64,000 nt of DNA from a virus, in the IMG/VR virus record IMGVR_UViG_3300001919_000028, positions 1-64,000 of that record; one strand, given 5' to 3'. Each line of letters opens with the position of its first letter. Position 1 is the stretch's first letter. Below the pieces are notes generated by a model that saw only the letters and a program-made list of their open reading frames with translations, was not told where the DNA came from and searched no databases. Shown here one piece after another: positions 8,986 to 17,708 of this stretch. Made by a program: the position numbers and the translations under genes.

Positions 8986-9263
8986 TAGGTGGGAGCGCGG
9001 AATATGATGTCGGCGACATCGTCCGTATCGTAGATAAGCCGTATAGGGAGTGCGTATTCTCCTGGGTAGGTAGCATGGACAAATACTGTTCCAGGACCGC
9101 GAAAATCACATGGACACACGGCACCTGGAAAGGCGAGACCGCCTACACTATCGACATAGACGACGGTGAGCACAGTTGGTGTGCCCACTGCTTCATGCCG
9201 AAAGCTGGTCCCGACTTTGAGCAGGCAGACGACAGTGAGCTGATGACGCTATTTGGTATGTGA
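8982..9263 (+). CDS. Hypothetical protein
   Basis: Overlapping start/stop coupling. Confidence 0.5.
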   Translation: MIGGSAEYDVGDIVRIVDKPYRECVFSWVGSMDKYCSRTAKITWTHGTWKGETAYTIDIDDGEHSWCAHCFMPKAGPDFEQADDSELMTLFGM

Positions 9264-9276
9264 GATATGAGATGTG

Positions 9277-9366
9277 GGGACGTGGCCGAGTGGTTGAAGG
9301 CAGCGGTCCTGAAAACCGCAGGTTGTGCTGAGCTTCCCGTGGGTTCGAATCCTACCGTCCCCGCCA
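9277..9366 (+). tRNA. tRNA-Ser (anticodon TGA), type II long variable arm, CCA encoded
   Basis: Acceptor GGGGACG/CGTCCCC, anticodon loop CCTGAAA, long variable arm, T-loop GGTTCGAATCC. Confidence 0.85.
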
Positions 9367-9447
9367 AAGTTTCCTGCTTTCTTCATATTTCCTCCAAAAG
9401 TCTCATTACCAGTACCCTACGGGTTGACTGAATAAAGCTGGCAATAA

Positions 9448-9523
9448 CCGGGCGTAGCTCAGCCGGGAGAGCGCGTGGTTTGGGACCATGAGGCCGGGAG
9501 TTCGAGCCTCCCCGCTCGGACCA
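9448..9523 (+). tRNA. tRNA-Pro (anticodon TGG), C1:G72 start, CCA encoded
   Basis: Acceptor CCGGGCG/CGCTCGG, anticodon loop TTTGGGA, T-loop GAGTTCGAGCC. Confidence 0.8.
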
Positions 9524-9554
9524 TACATATTCAAATAATAAGGAGGGTGACGGT

Positions 9555-10184
9555 ATGGGCGTCAACATCCATGTAAAGCCTACGGAGGTCTGGAAGTTCT
9601 TCGACCTCAACAAAAACCGCCTCGCCAACGAAATGGTGGCGATTGCGGAGAACGAAGAAACAGAACACGCCGTGTATCTGACGGAAGAAAAGGGTCTCCC
9701 GCTCCTCTCCGTCTACCGTGATAATCAGAAGTTGTATGAAGAGGGCGCGGTCTCCGAAGATGACTGTACGGAAACGGCAAAGAAACTGTATGTCAAGTAC
9801 CTGTTCCCCGTTGTCATCGACGCCTCCTCCAAAGCCGCTACTTTCGACAAGCCGAAGTACAACTATGGAATTGAAGAGGACAACGACTTCCCGGATGATA
9901 CCCGCCAGGAGCGGGAGGACGAGATGTATGAGCGGGAGGATGCGCTTCTCCAGGCGACCTACGATTTCCTCGAAGTCTTCCTGAGCACAGACCGCGACGA
10001 CATCGACGTGTTCTTTGGCGAGGATGTGATCCCGGATTTCATCGACAATATCTGTGAGATGCTGGCTACGGAGTACGGTGTCTCCGTCTACCGCCCCATG
10101 TTTATAACAGATCCGGAGACCGGGAGTGAGATTTACACCGAGTATCCGTATCTCGACATTGACGACGAGGACACGCTTGCGTAA
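9555..10184 (+). CDS. Hypothetical acidic protein
   Basis: AAGGAGGG RBS; D/E-rich. Confidence 0.6.
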   Translation: MGVNIHVKPTEVWKFFDLNKNRLANEMVAIAENEETEHAVYLTEEKGLPLLSVYRDNQKLYEEGAVSEDDCTETAKKLYVKYLFPVVIDASSKAATFDKPKYNYGIEEDNDFPDDTRQEREDEMYEREDALLQATYDFLEVFLSTDRDDIDVFFGEDVIPDFIDNICEMLATEYGVSVYRPMFITDPETGSEIYTEYPYLDIDDEDTLA

Positions 10185-10197
10185 GGAGGTGTGAAAT

Positions 10198-10857
10198 ATG
10201 CCTGATTGCCTGGACTCCTATCCGTGGAGGTCACTCAAGGGCTTCGGGACGATGGCCCCGAAAATTTTCCACATCGGAGACTTCAAGAACATCGAGATGA
10301 AAAACGGCGTGATCGTCCCCGTTCATATCATCGGTTTCAACCACGACAAGACGCCGGACGGCAGGCTCTGCCCCATTACCTGGGAGAGCATCAACTGCCT
10401 GAACGACCGCTACTCCATCAATCGGCGTGACACCAACCAGGGTAACTGGGGCGGTTCCGACCTGTTCAGGCAGATGAATGACGATGACGGCTCCATCTTC
10501 CGCCTGTTCCCCGACGATCTCATTGAGGTTGTTGAGCCGGTGGTAAAGCTGACAGCGGAGACCTATGACCGCAGTAACCATATCACGGAGTCCGTCAACA
10601 GGTTCTTTGTGCTGTCTGAAAAAGAAATCTTCGGTCGGTGTATCTTTTCTGCCCCTGGCGAGGGACATTGGTACGAGTGGTACAAGCAGGAGGATGTTCC
10701 GTACTTCAAGCTCCGCAACGGTGAGCTTGAATACAGAGCTACGCGTTCTCCTATTTCCAGCAGCAGCACTAATTTCTGTTGTGTCGGCGGCAGCGGCAAC
10801 GCCGGCTACAGCAGCGCCAGCTACACTATTGGCGTGTCCTTCGGCTTCAGCTTTTAA
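10198..10857 (+). CDS. Hypothetical protein
   Basis: AAGGAGG RBS then ATG. Confidence 0.55.
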   Translation: MPDCLDSYPWRSLKGFGTMAPKIFHIGDFKNIEMKNGVIVPVHIIGFNHDKTPDGRLCPITWESINCLNDRYSINRRDTNQGNWGGSDLFRQMNDDDGSIFRLFPDDLIEVVEPVVKLTAETYDRSNHITESVNRFFVLSEKEIFGRCIFSAPGEGHWYEWYKQEDVPYFKLRNGELEYRATRSPISSSSTNFCCVGGSGNAGYSSASYTIGVSFGFSF

Positions 10858-11067
10858 CCCCGTACCTAAAGCGGCAAGGCGGTTTCGCAACTCCGGTAAG
10901 GAGGGCAAACCGCCGATTGAGAATACCGTATTCTATGGGAGGCCGTCCGGCAAGGGCGGCCTTTCTCATGCCCACACGGCCCGGCCTCCTCGTGGCGTGG
11001 GTGGATAACCAACCAACGGGTACATAAAAAATTGGGCAAAGCCCAGAAAATGAAAGGACGTATCGTT

Positions 11068-11469
11068 ATGGCAAAGATCACTATCGCAGGGGACGCCGTC
11101 GTCATCACCTCCTCCCAGAAGCTGGACGACATCAAGATGCTGGAGAAGTATCGTCCCAACGCCCTGGTCCTGTACGAGACCAACGACAGCGGCAAGAAGG
11201 AGGCCGTGTTCAAGGTCGGTTCCACCACCGGCAAGGGTGAGATCGGTCGCTACGGCGCCAGCTTCGCCAGCACCACCCACGACGACGACAAGCTGGCCAC
11301 CATCACCATGGCCCTGCCCGCCGGCGTCACCGACGCCAAGAAGGCCGTGGCCGATATGGTGGGCGTCGCCATCCTGAACCTGAACAAGGTCGAGGAGCAG
11401 TTCGCCGCCGCCATCGCCGAGGTCGCCGCCGAGAAGGCCGCCATCGAGGCCAACATCACCGTCGCCTGA
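11068..11469 (+). CDS. Hypothetical protein (133 aa) with Ala-rich C-terminal helix; first gene of the Ubl cassette neighbourhood
   Basis: AAAGGA RBS then ATG; N-terminus shows faint similarity to the 11589 protein (M-K-T… / …ASF…). Confidence 0.55.
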   Translation: MAKITIAGDAVVITSSQKLDDIKMLEKYRPNALVLYETNDSGKKEAVFKVGSTTGKGEIGRYGASFASTTHDDDKLATITMALPAGVTDAKKAVADMVGVAILNLNKVEEQFAAAIAEVAAEKAAIEANITVA

Positions 11470-11486
11470 TTTCAGTCAGGCAAATC

Positions 11487-11509
11487 GGGGCGGGCGGGAT
11501 GCCCGCCCC
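11487..11509 (+). terminator. GC hairpin (GGGGCGGGC-gggat-GCCCGCCCC), weak U tract
   Basis: 9-bp perfect stem after the stop. Confidence 0.4.
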
Positions 11510-11588
11510 AGTCTTCAACCTGGGCGGAAGTCGCCCCTAAATATGTGGTTTCAAACCAAAAAATAAATGAATTAAAGGAGATATCACT

Positions 11589-11816
11589 ATGATCAAGGTT
11601 ACTGTCGGCAACAATGCCAAGCGCGAGTCCGTCATCATCGACGCCAACACCACCCTGCGGTCCTGCCTGGAGGCCAACGGTGTGGACTACACCCGTGGTA
11701 TGACCACCCTGGATGGTTCCACCCTGCAGCCCGGCGACCTGGACAAGACCTTCGCCAGCTTCGGGATCACCGAGAAGTGCTTCCTGTACAACATCGTCAA
11801 GGCGGACAACGCCTGA
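11589..11816 (+). CDS. Small beta-grasp ThiS/MoaD-like (ubiquitin-like) protein, 75 aa; C-terminus …KADNA (no terminal GG)
   Basis: Length and hydrophobic pattern MIKVTVG…TLDGSTLQPGDLD…FLYNIV resemble ThiS/MoaD sulfur carriers; AAGGAG RBS. Confidence 0.45.
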   Translation: MIKVTVGNNAKRESVIIDANTTLRSCLEANGVDYTRGMTTLDGSTLQPGDLDKTFASFGITEKCFLYNIVKADNA

Positions 11817-11830
11817 TCGCAGGATACATA

Positions 11831-11851
11831 GGGGCCGCCTTCGGGCGGCCC
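11831..11851 (+). terminator. GC hairpin GGGGCCGCC-ttcg-GGCGGCCC
   Basis: Stem-loop after the stop, modest T tract. Confidence 0.45.
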
Positions 11852-11858
11852 TTCCTAT

Positions 11859-11911
11859 GTCGGAGCGGTGGATTGGCGCCAACTCCGGTTCGAGTCCGGG
11901 CTCCGGCACCA
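11859..11911 (+). ncRNA. tRNA-like minihelix: 7-bp acceptor stem + T-arm (CCGGTTCGAGTCCGG) + discriminator A + CCA; no D or anticodon arms (possible attP core or tRNA 3' fragment)
   Basis: GTCGGAG…CTCCGGC pair as an acceptor helix around a canonical T-arm and a CCA end. Confidence 0.45.
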
Positions 11912-11936
11912 TCCAGAAAATAAGTGAGGTGTCTAT

Positions 11937-13433
11937 ATGTTCAAAACCACGATATCAGATACTCCATTCACAAGCGATATTGCGAGCTCGTATTTCAGCA
12001 ATATCACCGGCGACCCGATCCTGGGGGATGTGTCGTTTCTCGCAACGCTGAGAGCCCTGCTGGCACCTCGCATTAAGGCGGAGGACACCATCAGGCTCGT
12101 CTACACCACCAGCCGGTACAGCAAGAGCGAGATCAACGGAGCCTCCGTCAACCAGTGTGTGGATGCGATCACCAGCGACATGAGGCTGACCAGGGACGGT
12201 TCTCAGGGGCTGTTCGTCGTCCACAATTTCAGGAGCGACCAGGAGAGCAACCTTGCCAACATGAAGGCGATTGAGGCCGGATTCACCGACCGGTACTCCG
12301 GGTATAGCCGCCTGGAGAAGATGACCGCATTCTTCAAAAAGTCCTTCCCGGTCCTCTGCTATGTCAATCCGGAGCGCCGCAACGTCGTCATGTTCGTGGA
12401 GAGCCTGGACATCAAGAAGATGCACTATCTCCAGATGTCCGTCCTGCCCGCTCTGCCCTGGTACTTCAACCCGGAGGTCGGTATCTCCGAGGACGAGATG
12501 GCGTTGATCCAGTCCCTGCGTGAGACAACGTCAACGAAGTACCTTGAGTGCCTCGAAAAGCTCGCCAAGCAGTACGATTTCAGAACGGCCCGTATCCGTC
12601 AGATGTTGGCGGGGTTCGAGACCAGGTATGAGCAGCGCGAGTGTGAGCAGGTGAAGGGGAATATCCAGAACACCGACAATGAGATTGAGCGGTATAACAA
12701 CCAGATTGGGGTCTTGATCCGCAAGCGGAACGACCTGTGCATCCGGCTCCTCGGTCTGGAGCAGAAGATTGCGGAGGGCTGCGAAGACTCCGACATCATG
12801 GATTACTTCCTCTGCAACTCCAAGCTCTATCTGGAGGAAGTGAACGACTCGGATATGTACTTCTCCGTCAAGGACTATGTGTCCTACTTCGACAAGGACG
12901 CAGTCGAGCGTGTCCTCAACAACAAGACCAGCTACATCTACTGCAACGACCACGGGAACCCGTATACGTCCATCGACCCGGAACGGATGGTAAAACTTAT
13001 CAAGGCTGTGTTCATCGACGAGACCTTGAAGATTAAGTTCTGCGCGGCGTATCGGTTCAGCCTGAACGGCAGCGTGTCCGCGATGGGGGATCACAGCTTC
13101 CCGGCATCTGAGTTCAGCGAGTGTATGCCAAACCCGCACATCAACCAGTACCGCTGTATGGGCGGTTATCAGCAAATCATCAACGATCTCCTGCGGCAGA
13201 ACGACTACATCGGCGCTCTGGAGCAGTGCATCGCGTCTTGCAAGAGTCTGAACTTTTGTGACTCCGCCGTGATGCGCGCCTTCATGAGACAGATGTATGG
13301 CTCCAGCGGTACGAACAGCCGCTGTATCGAACTGCCAGACGGCAGTGTGGTCAAGCCGTTGGCGGCAATCAAGTGGCTTGAGGAACAGGAGGCGGCAGCA
13401 AATGGGACGAAGGAGGAAGAAGCGCATGAGTAA
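11937..13433 (+). CDS. 498-aa Cys-rich protein of the Ubl cassette; candidate E2/E3-like partner or target (unknown)
   Basis: Long ORF overlapping the JAB gene start; multiple Cys/His clusters in the C-terminal half; no recognisable family. Confidence 0.65.
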   Translation: MFKTTISDTPFTSDIASSYFSNITGDPILGDVSFLATLRALLAPRIKAEDTIRLVYTTSRYSKSEINGASVNQCVDAITSDMRLTRDGSQGLFVVHNFRSDQESNLANMKAIEAGFTDRYSGYSRLEKMTAFFKKSFPVLCYVNPERRNVVMFVESLDIKKMHYLQMSVLPALPWYFNPEVGISEDEMALIQSLRETTSTKYLECLEKLAKQYDFRTARIRQMLAGFETRYEQRECEQVKGNIQNTDNEIERYNNQIGVLIRKRNDLCIRLLGLEQKIAEGCEDSDIMDYFLCNSKLYLEEVNDSDMYFSVKDYVSYFDKDAVERVLNNKTSYIYCNDHGNPYTSIDPERMVKLIKAVFIDETLKIKFCAAYRFSLNGSVSAMGDHSFPASEFSECMPNPHINQYRCMGGYQQIINDLLRQNDYIGALEQCIASCKSLNFCDSAVMRAFMRQMYGSSGTNSRCIELPDGSVVKPLAAIKWLEEQEAAANGTKEEEAHE

Positions 13434-14379
13434 GGTTGTCAGAATCACTCCGGAAATGTATGAGGAGTGCAGGCAGGAGTTGGAGAAGTGCTGCCAGAAC
13501 GCGAAGCTCTCCGACGGCAAAATCACATTCACCAAGGTTTTCACCGCTGAGAAGCGGAAGGCGACCCTGTTCTTCACCGATGAAGCGTGGGCGAAGATGA
13601 CCATGCTTCTCCAGGAGTTCGACAAGGAGGTGGCGTGGCATGGCGTCGCCTACCGGCTGGACACCGAGGGGAAGGACGAGTACGTCATCACCGATATCCT
13701 GGTCTATCCCCAGGAGGTCTCCGCCGCGACAGTGGAGATGGACGTCGAGAAGTACGCCAAGTGGCTGATGGAAAACGACGAGGACGAGCGGTTCCAGAAT
13801 ATCCATATGCAGGGTCACAGCCATGTCCGTATGGCACCCAATCCGTCGGCGACCGACATCACACATCAGGAGGAGATCCTCGCCCAGCTCGACGATGATA
13901 ACTTCTACATCTTCATGATCTACAACAAGTCTTTCAGCCGGAACATCAAGATCTACGACATGAAGAAGAACATCCTGTTCGAGGATGGGGATGTCGAGGT
14001 CAAGCTCCAGAGTGCAGTCACTGGCTTTGACGAGTTCATCGCGGATGCCAAGGCAAAGGTCGTGTCCAAGACCTACACCTACAACCAGGGCAGCTACCAG
14101 AGGCCGTCCTATCAGACCCCGACGTATCAGCAGCCGGGGACCTACAAGGGGAACGTGCCGTACAATCCGCTCAGTCCGGCACCTGTCGCCCCTGTCACCC
14201 CGGCTTCCGGGGCGAACCCTCCCAAGCAGGAGAGCAAGAAGAAGGAAAAGGAAAAGAGAAAGGTTCAGATCGGGGCCGGTTGGCACGGTGTGAACGGATA
14301 TGAGCAGGAGTCGCTGTACGGCATGGGCGGCCAGCTCGACGATGACGATGACCCGTATTGGTCCGGATCAGGGAGGTAA
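13426..14379 (+). CDS. JAB/MPN+ (JAMM) metalloprotease (deubiquitinase-like) with Pro/Gln/Tyr-rich C-terminal tail
   Basis: JAMM motif E…HMQGHSHVRMAPNPSATD (HxHx7Sx2D). Confidence 0.8.
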   Translation: MSKVVRITPEMYEECRQELEKCCQNAKLSDGKITFTKVFTAEKRKATLFFTDEAWAKMTMLLQEFDKEVAWHGVAYRLDTEGKDEYVITDILVYPQEVSAATVEMDVEKYAKWLMENDEDERFQNIHMQGHSHVRMAPNPSATDITHQEEILAQLDDDNFYIFMIYNKSFSRNIKIYDMKKNILFEDGDVEVKLQSAVTGFDEFIADAKAKVVSKTYTYNQGSYQRPSYQTPTYQQPGTYKGNVPYNPLSPAPVAPVTPASGANPPKQESKKKEKEKRKVQIGAGWHGVNGYEQESLYGMGGQLDDDDDPYWSGSGR

Positions 14380-14383
14380 CAAG

Positions 14384-15055
14384 ATGGATCTTTCCAAGAG
14401 CTACGAATATTTCCAGCCTGAGAAAATCGACGCCCGCATCCACATCATCGGGTGCGGGTCCGTGGGGTCCACCGTGGCGGAGAATCTCGCCAGGAGCGGC
14501 GTGTCGAAGATGACGCTATGGGATTTCGATGTGGTGGAACCGAAGAACCTGGCAAACCAGATGTTCCGGCAGAAAGATGTCGGTCAGCGCAAGGTGGATG
14601 CTCTGCTGGATATCCTGACCGAGATCAATCCGGACATCGTCGATGATGTGAAGCTCCAGCCGGATGGCTGGAAAGGCCAGCAGCTCAACGGGTATGTGTT
14701 CCTGTGCGTGGACAACATCGAACTGCGGAAGCAGATCGTGGAGATGCACATGAACAATCCATACGTTAAGGCCATGTTCGACTTCCGCACCCGGCTGGAG
14801 GATGCCCAGCACTACGCGGCAGACTGGTCGAACTACAAGATGAAGAAGGATTTCCTGAACTCCATGAACTTCTCCCATGACGAGGCCAAGGAGGAGACGC
14901 CGGTCTCCGCCTGCAACGTGACCTTGTCCGTCTGCCCCACCGTCCGGGTCATCTGCGCCCTGGGTGTGGCCAACTTTATGAACTTCTGGAACGGGAAGGG
15001 CTTGAAGAAGCTGATTCTGGCCGACTCGTTCAACTTCTCGCTGGACGCCTTTTGA
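14384..15055 (+). CDS. ThiF/MoeB/E1-like adenylyltransferase (Ubl-activating enzyme)
   Basis: Rossmann motif IHIIGCGSVGSTVAENL; downstream Cys cluster C-x6-C-x6-C; E1-family size. Confidence 0.85.
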   Translation: MDLSKSYEYFQPEKIDARIHIIGCGSVGSTVAENLARSGVSKMTLWDFDVVEPKNLANQMFRQKDVGQRKVDALLDILTEINPDIVDDVKLQPDGWKGQQLNGYVFLCVDNIELRKQIVEMHMNNPYVKAMFDFRTRLEDAQHYAADWSNYKMKKDFLNSMNFSHDEAKEETPVSACNVTLSVCPTVRVICALGVANFMNFWNGKGLKKLILADSFNFSLDAF

Positions 15056-15081
15056 TGGCGTCCGGTGAGATATGAAAGGAG

Positions 15082-15390
15082 GTGGCTCGGTTGAGAAGAT
15101 TTAACGTCGGTGATATCGCCACAGTCAGAAGAGATATCGAAGCTGGTAAGTATTACAAAATGGACGACGGCCATGATGATGATGTTGTCACTGCGGACAT
15201 GGCTAAAATGGCCGGAAGACAAATCGAAATCCTTGCGATCAGCAGCGCTGGGACATACATCGCCAGAACAGACAAGCAGAGACGGTACTGGACCGATGAA
15301 ATGTTTGAGTCCTCGGATTTTGAGGAGAGCGACGTCCCAATCGAGTCATTCCTGTTCGGCGATCTTGATCTGAAAGGCGGTGAAGCGTAA
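15082..15390 (+). CDS. Small ubiquitin-like protein candidate with C-terminus …ESFLFGDLDLKGG-EA (diglycine plus 2-residue extension); alternative TTG start at 15091
   Basis: C-terminal match to the ubiquitin …ESTLHLVLRLRGG pattern; located immediately after the E1 gene. Confidence 0.5.
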   Translation: MARLRRFNVGDIATVRRDIEAGKYYKMDDGHDDDVVTADMAKMAGRQIEILAISSAGTYIARTDKQRRYWTDEMFESSDFEESDVPIESFLFGDLDLKGGEA

Positions 15391-16223
15391 TGCAGCCCAC
15401 GGTAAAAAGTCTGCGGCTTGGCAGCAAGCTGCTCTTTGGCAGGTATGGTGTGAAAGCGGACATGGAACCGCAGCCCATCACATGGTTGAAGGCCACGCCA
15501 AACTGTGATTTGGTCTCGGAGAGTGTGGTGGACTTTCTGTGCTTTGACGCAAAGGAACGCTATCCCGTCGAGAACCGGGCGTGGCCGGAGGTAAGGCCGA
15601 ACGACTGTTGGCATCTGTCCAACATCTTCCAGTATCTGAACAGCGAGGAGGACAACTGGTTCCACAAGCTGCACGAGCAGGATGTGGCACCGGCCAGAGG
15701 GTACTCCGATGTGGATTCCCCCGAAGCTGTCTACTCGGCACACTACGGGTTCCTGAGATACTTCGAGGACTTTGAGCTTGCCAATCTGCTGGATCAGACA
15801 TACATAATCAATGATTTGGAGTGTACCTCCAAGATGCGTCTCCTATCCGTCGCTGATGTGTCCGGAGATACGAGGTTCAACGTGTTCCGCAAGCGTGGTA
15901 TCCGTGCCCATCCGACAGTAGATATCCAGCGGTATAAGTATAACGCTCCAGGGTCTTCGACGGAACAGTTCATGGGTTTCTTCCTGATGGACAAGCCGAA
16001 CAGGGCGGGTTGGAGCAGTTATGTGCAGGCGGTTGGCCGTAACGGAAGCGTCTATGCCGAGTATGCCAGCCACGGGCTTGGTATCCGTCCGACTTGCCGG
16101 ATAAAGCCGGACACCAAGGTTGAGGAAGTAGAGGACGGCGTCTACACTGTCGTTCCTTACGATGTTCATCCGATTCCGGTTGGAACGGATGAAGAAATCA
16201 TGATGCTCTTAGGTCTGGTGTGA
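15390..16223 (+). CDS. Hypothetical protein (277 aa)
   Basis: TAATG stop/start overlap with the upstream gene. Confidence 0.55.
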   Translation: MQPTVKSLRLGSKLLFGRYGVKADMEPQPITWLKATPNCDLVSESVVDFLCFDAKERYPVENRAWPEVRPNDCWHLSNIFQYLNSEEDNWFHKLHEQDVAPARGYSDVDSPEAVYSAHYGFLRYFEDFELANLLDQTYIINDLECTSKMRLLSVADVSGDTRFNVFRKRGIRAHPTVDIQRYKYNAPGSSTEQFMGFFLMDKPNRAGWSSYVQAVGRNGSVYAEYASHGLGIRPTCRIKPDTKVEEVEDGVYTVVPYDVHPIPVGTDEEIMMLLGLV

Positions 16224-16571
16224 CCTCAACAGCACCATCTGTAACGCATTTACCTCGCAAGAGGAGCTTCACGCCGATGGTTGAAGTAACAAATAGCTGA
16301 GAAGAAAAAGAATGCCCCGAGATGCCTGGCGAAGGTGGACCGAGTCTGGGAACGAGGCCATCGCATCCACGAAGGTTAAGAACTCGCACGGGAGTAGAGA
16401 GAAATCCCCGAATCCCAAGGATTTCGTCTCCTGCACCTGGTGAGAGAACCGGCAGTCCGAAGACTCACAGAGCTGCAATGCGCTGCGGGCGCCTTCATCG
16501 CAGATCACGAGCCCAGTCGTCTTACTTATGTAGGTTACAGATATCTTATAATGAAAAGAGGTGCGGAGATA
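16224..16571 (+). ncRNA. Structured noncoding region upstream of the RT (candidate retron msr/msd or RT-associated ncRNA)
   Basis: 348 bp without a credible ORF; several hairpins (e.g. AAATCC…GGATTT, CTGCG…CGCAG). Confidence 0.35.
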
Positions 16572-17708
16572 ATGGTTTATATGACTGTCATGCAGTCTCC
16601 GATGTACCATCAGATGACGCTGGACGAGTTCCTGTTCAACACCTATAAGGAAAGTCCGGTCGTCAACTACAATGTCGGCAACACCAGGACTTACAAGTTC
16701 GACAATATCAGTCGTAGATTTTTGGACAGCATCGACGTCCCCAGTTTGATTTTGACTCTCCAGGCGTTCAACAACAGCACGGAAGCGCTCCGCCGGGTCA
16801 AGCGGTCGGACCTCTACATCACATTCTATATCCCCAAGAAGAGCGGAGGGCTCCGTAAGATTGACGAGCCGAAGCCGGAATTGATGGATGCGCTTCGCCG
16901 CCTCAAGACGATTTTCGAGCGGGACTTCCACACTCTGTATCACACCAGTGCATTTGCGTACATCCAAGGGCGGTGTACCGTTGATGCGATCAAGCGTCAT
17001 CAGGCCAACGAGAGCAAGTGGTTTGGCAAGTATGACCTCCACAACTTCTTCGGAAGCACGACGCTCGAGTTCGTCATGCAGCAACTCAGCATGATCTTCC
17101 CGTTCAGCGAAGTGGTGAAGCTGGAGTCCGGGCGTGCCGAGCTGGAGAAAGCGCTGGAACTTGCGTTCCTCAACGGCGGTTTGCCGCAGGGAACGCCGTT
17201 CTCTCCGACCATCACCAATGTGATGATGATCCCCGTTGACTACGAGCTGTCACACGGGTTCCGCAACCTCAACAACCAGAGCTTTGTCAACACCAGATAC
17301 GCGGATGACTTCACGATTTCCTCCAAGTATGAGTTCGACCCAAAGGAAATCGAGAAGTTCATCACGGATACGTTGGCTCAGTTCAATGCGCCGTTTACAT
17401 TGAACGAGTCAAAGACGAGATACGGCTCCAGTTCCGGACGCAACTGGAACCTTGGGCTGATGCTCAACAAGGACAACGTGATTACGGTCGGCCACAAGCG
17501 GAAGCGTCAGCTCCAGACGATGCTCCACAATTACATTCTTGACAAAAGGAATGGGATCAGGTGGGATCTGCACGATGTGCAGGTAATGGACGGGAACATC
17601 AACTACTGCCGGATGGTCGAAGAGGAGGCGACAAACAACATCATCAAGCATATCAATGAGAAAATGGGCGTCGATGTTTGCAGAATGATAAGAGAAGACC
17701 TGAGATAA
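16572..17708 (+). CDS. Reverse transcriptase, retron/UG (defence-associated) type
   Basis: RT motifs IPKKSGGLRKI, AF.YIQGR, YDLHNFFGS, LPQGTPFSP, YADD, NLGLMLNKDN…KRKRQLQTMLHN; QG..SP (not DGR-type). Confidence 0.85.
   Translation: MVYMTVMQSPMYHQMTLDEFLFNTYKESPVVNYNVGNTRTYKFDNISRRFLDSIDVPSLILTLQAFNNSTEALRRVKRSDLYITFYIPKKSGGLRKIDEPKPELMDALRRLKTIFERDFHTLYHTSAFAYIQGRCTVDAIKRHQANESKWFGKYDLHNFFGSTTLEFVMQQLSMIFPFSEVVKLESGRAELEKALELAFLNGGLPQGTPFSPTITNVMMIPVDYELSHGFRNLNNQSFVNTRYADDFTISSKYEFDPKEIEKFITDTLAQFNAPFTLNESKTRYGSSSGRNWNLGLMLNKDNVITVGHKRKRQLQTMLHNYILDKRNGIRWDLHDVQVMDGNINYCRMVEEEATNNIIKHINEKMGVDVCRMIREDLR

Noticed and set aside
16224-17708. Diversity-generating retroelement (DGR) interpretation of the RT
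   Set aside because: The RT keeps the QGxxxSP motif (DGR RTs have [I/L]GxxxSQ). No Avd-like gene was found, and no VR/TR repeat pair was found by eye between the upstream gene 3' end and the RT-proximal noncoding region.
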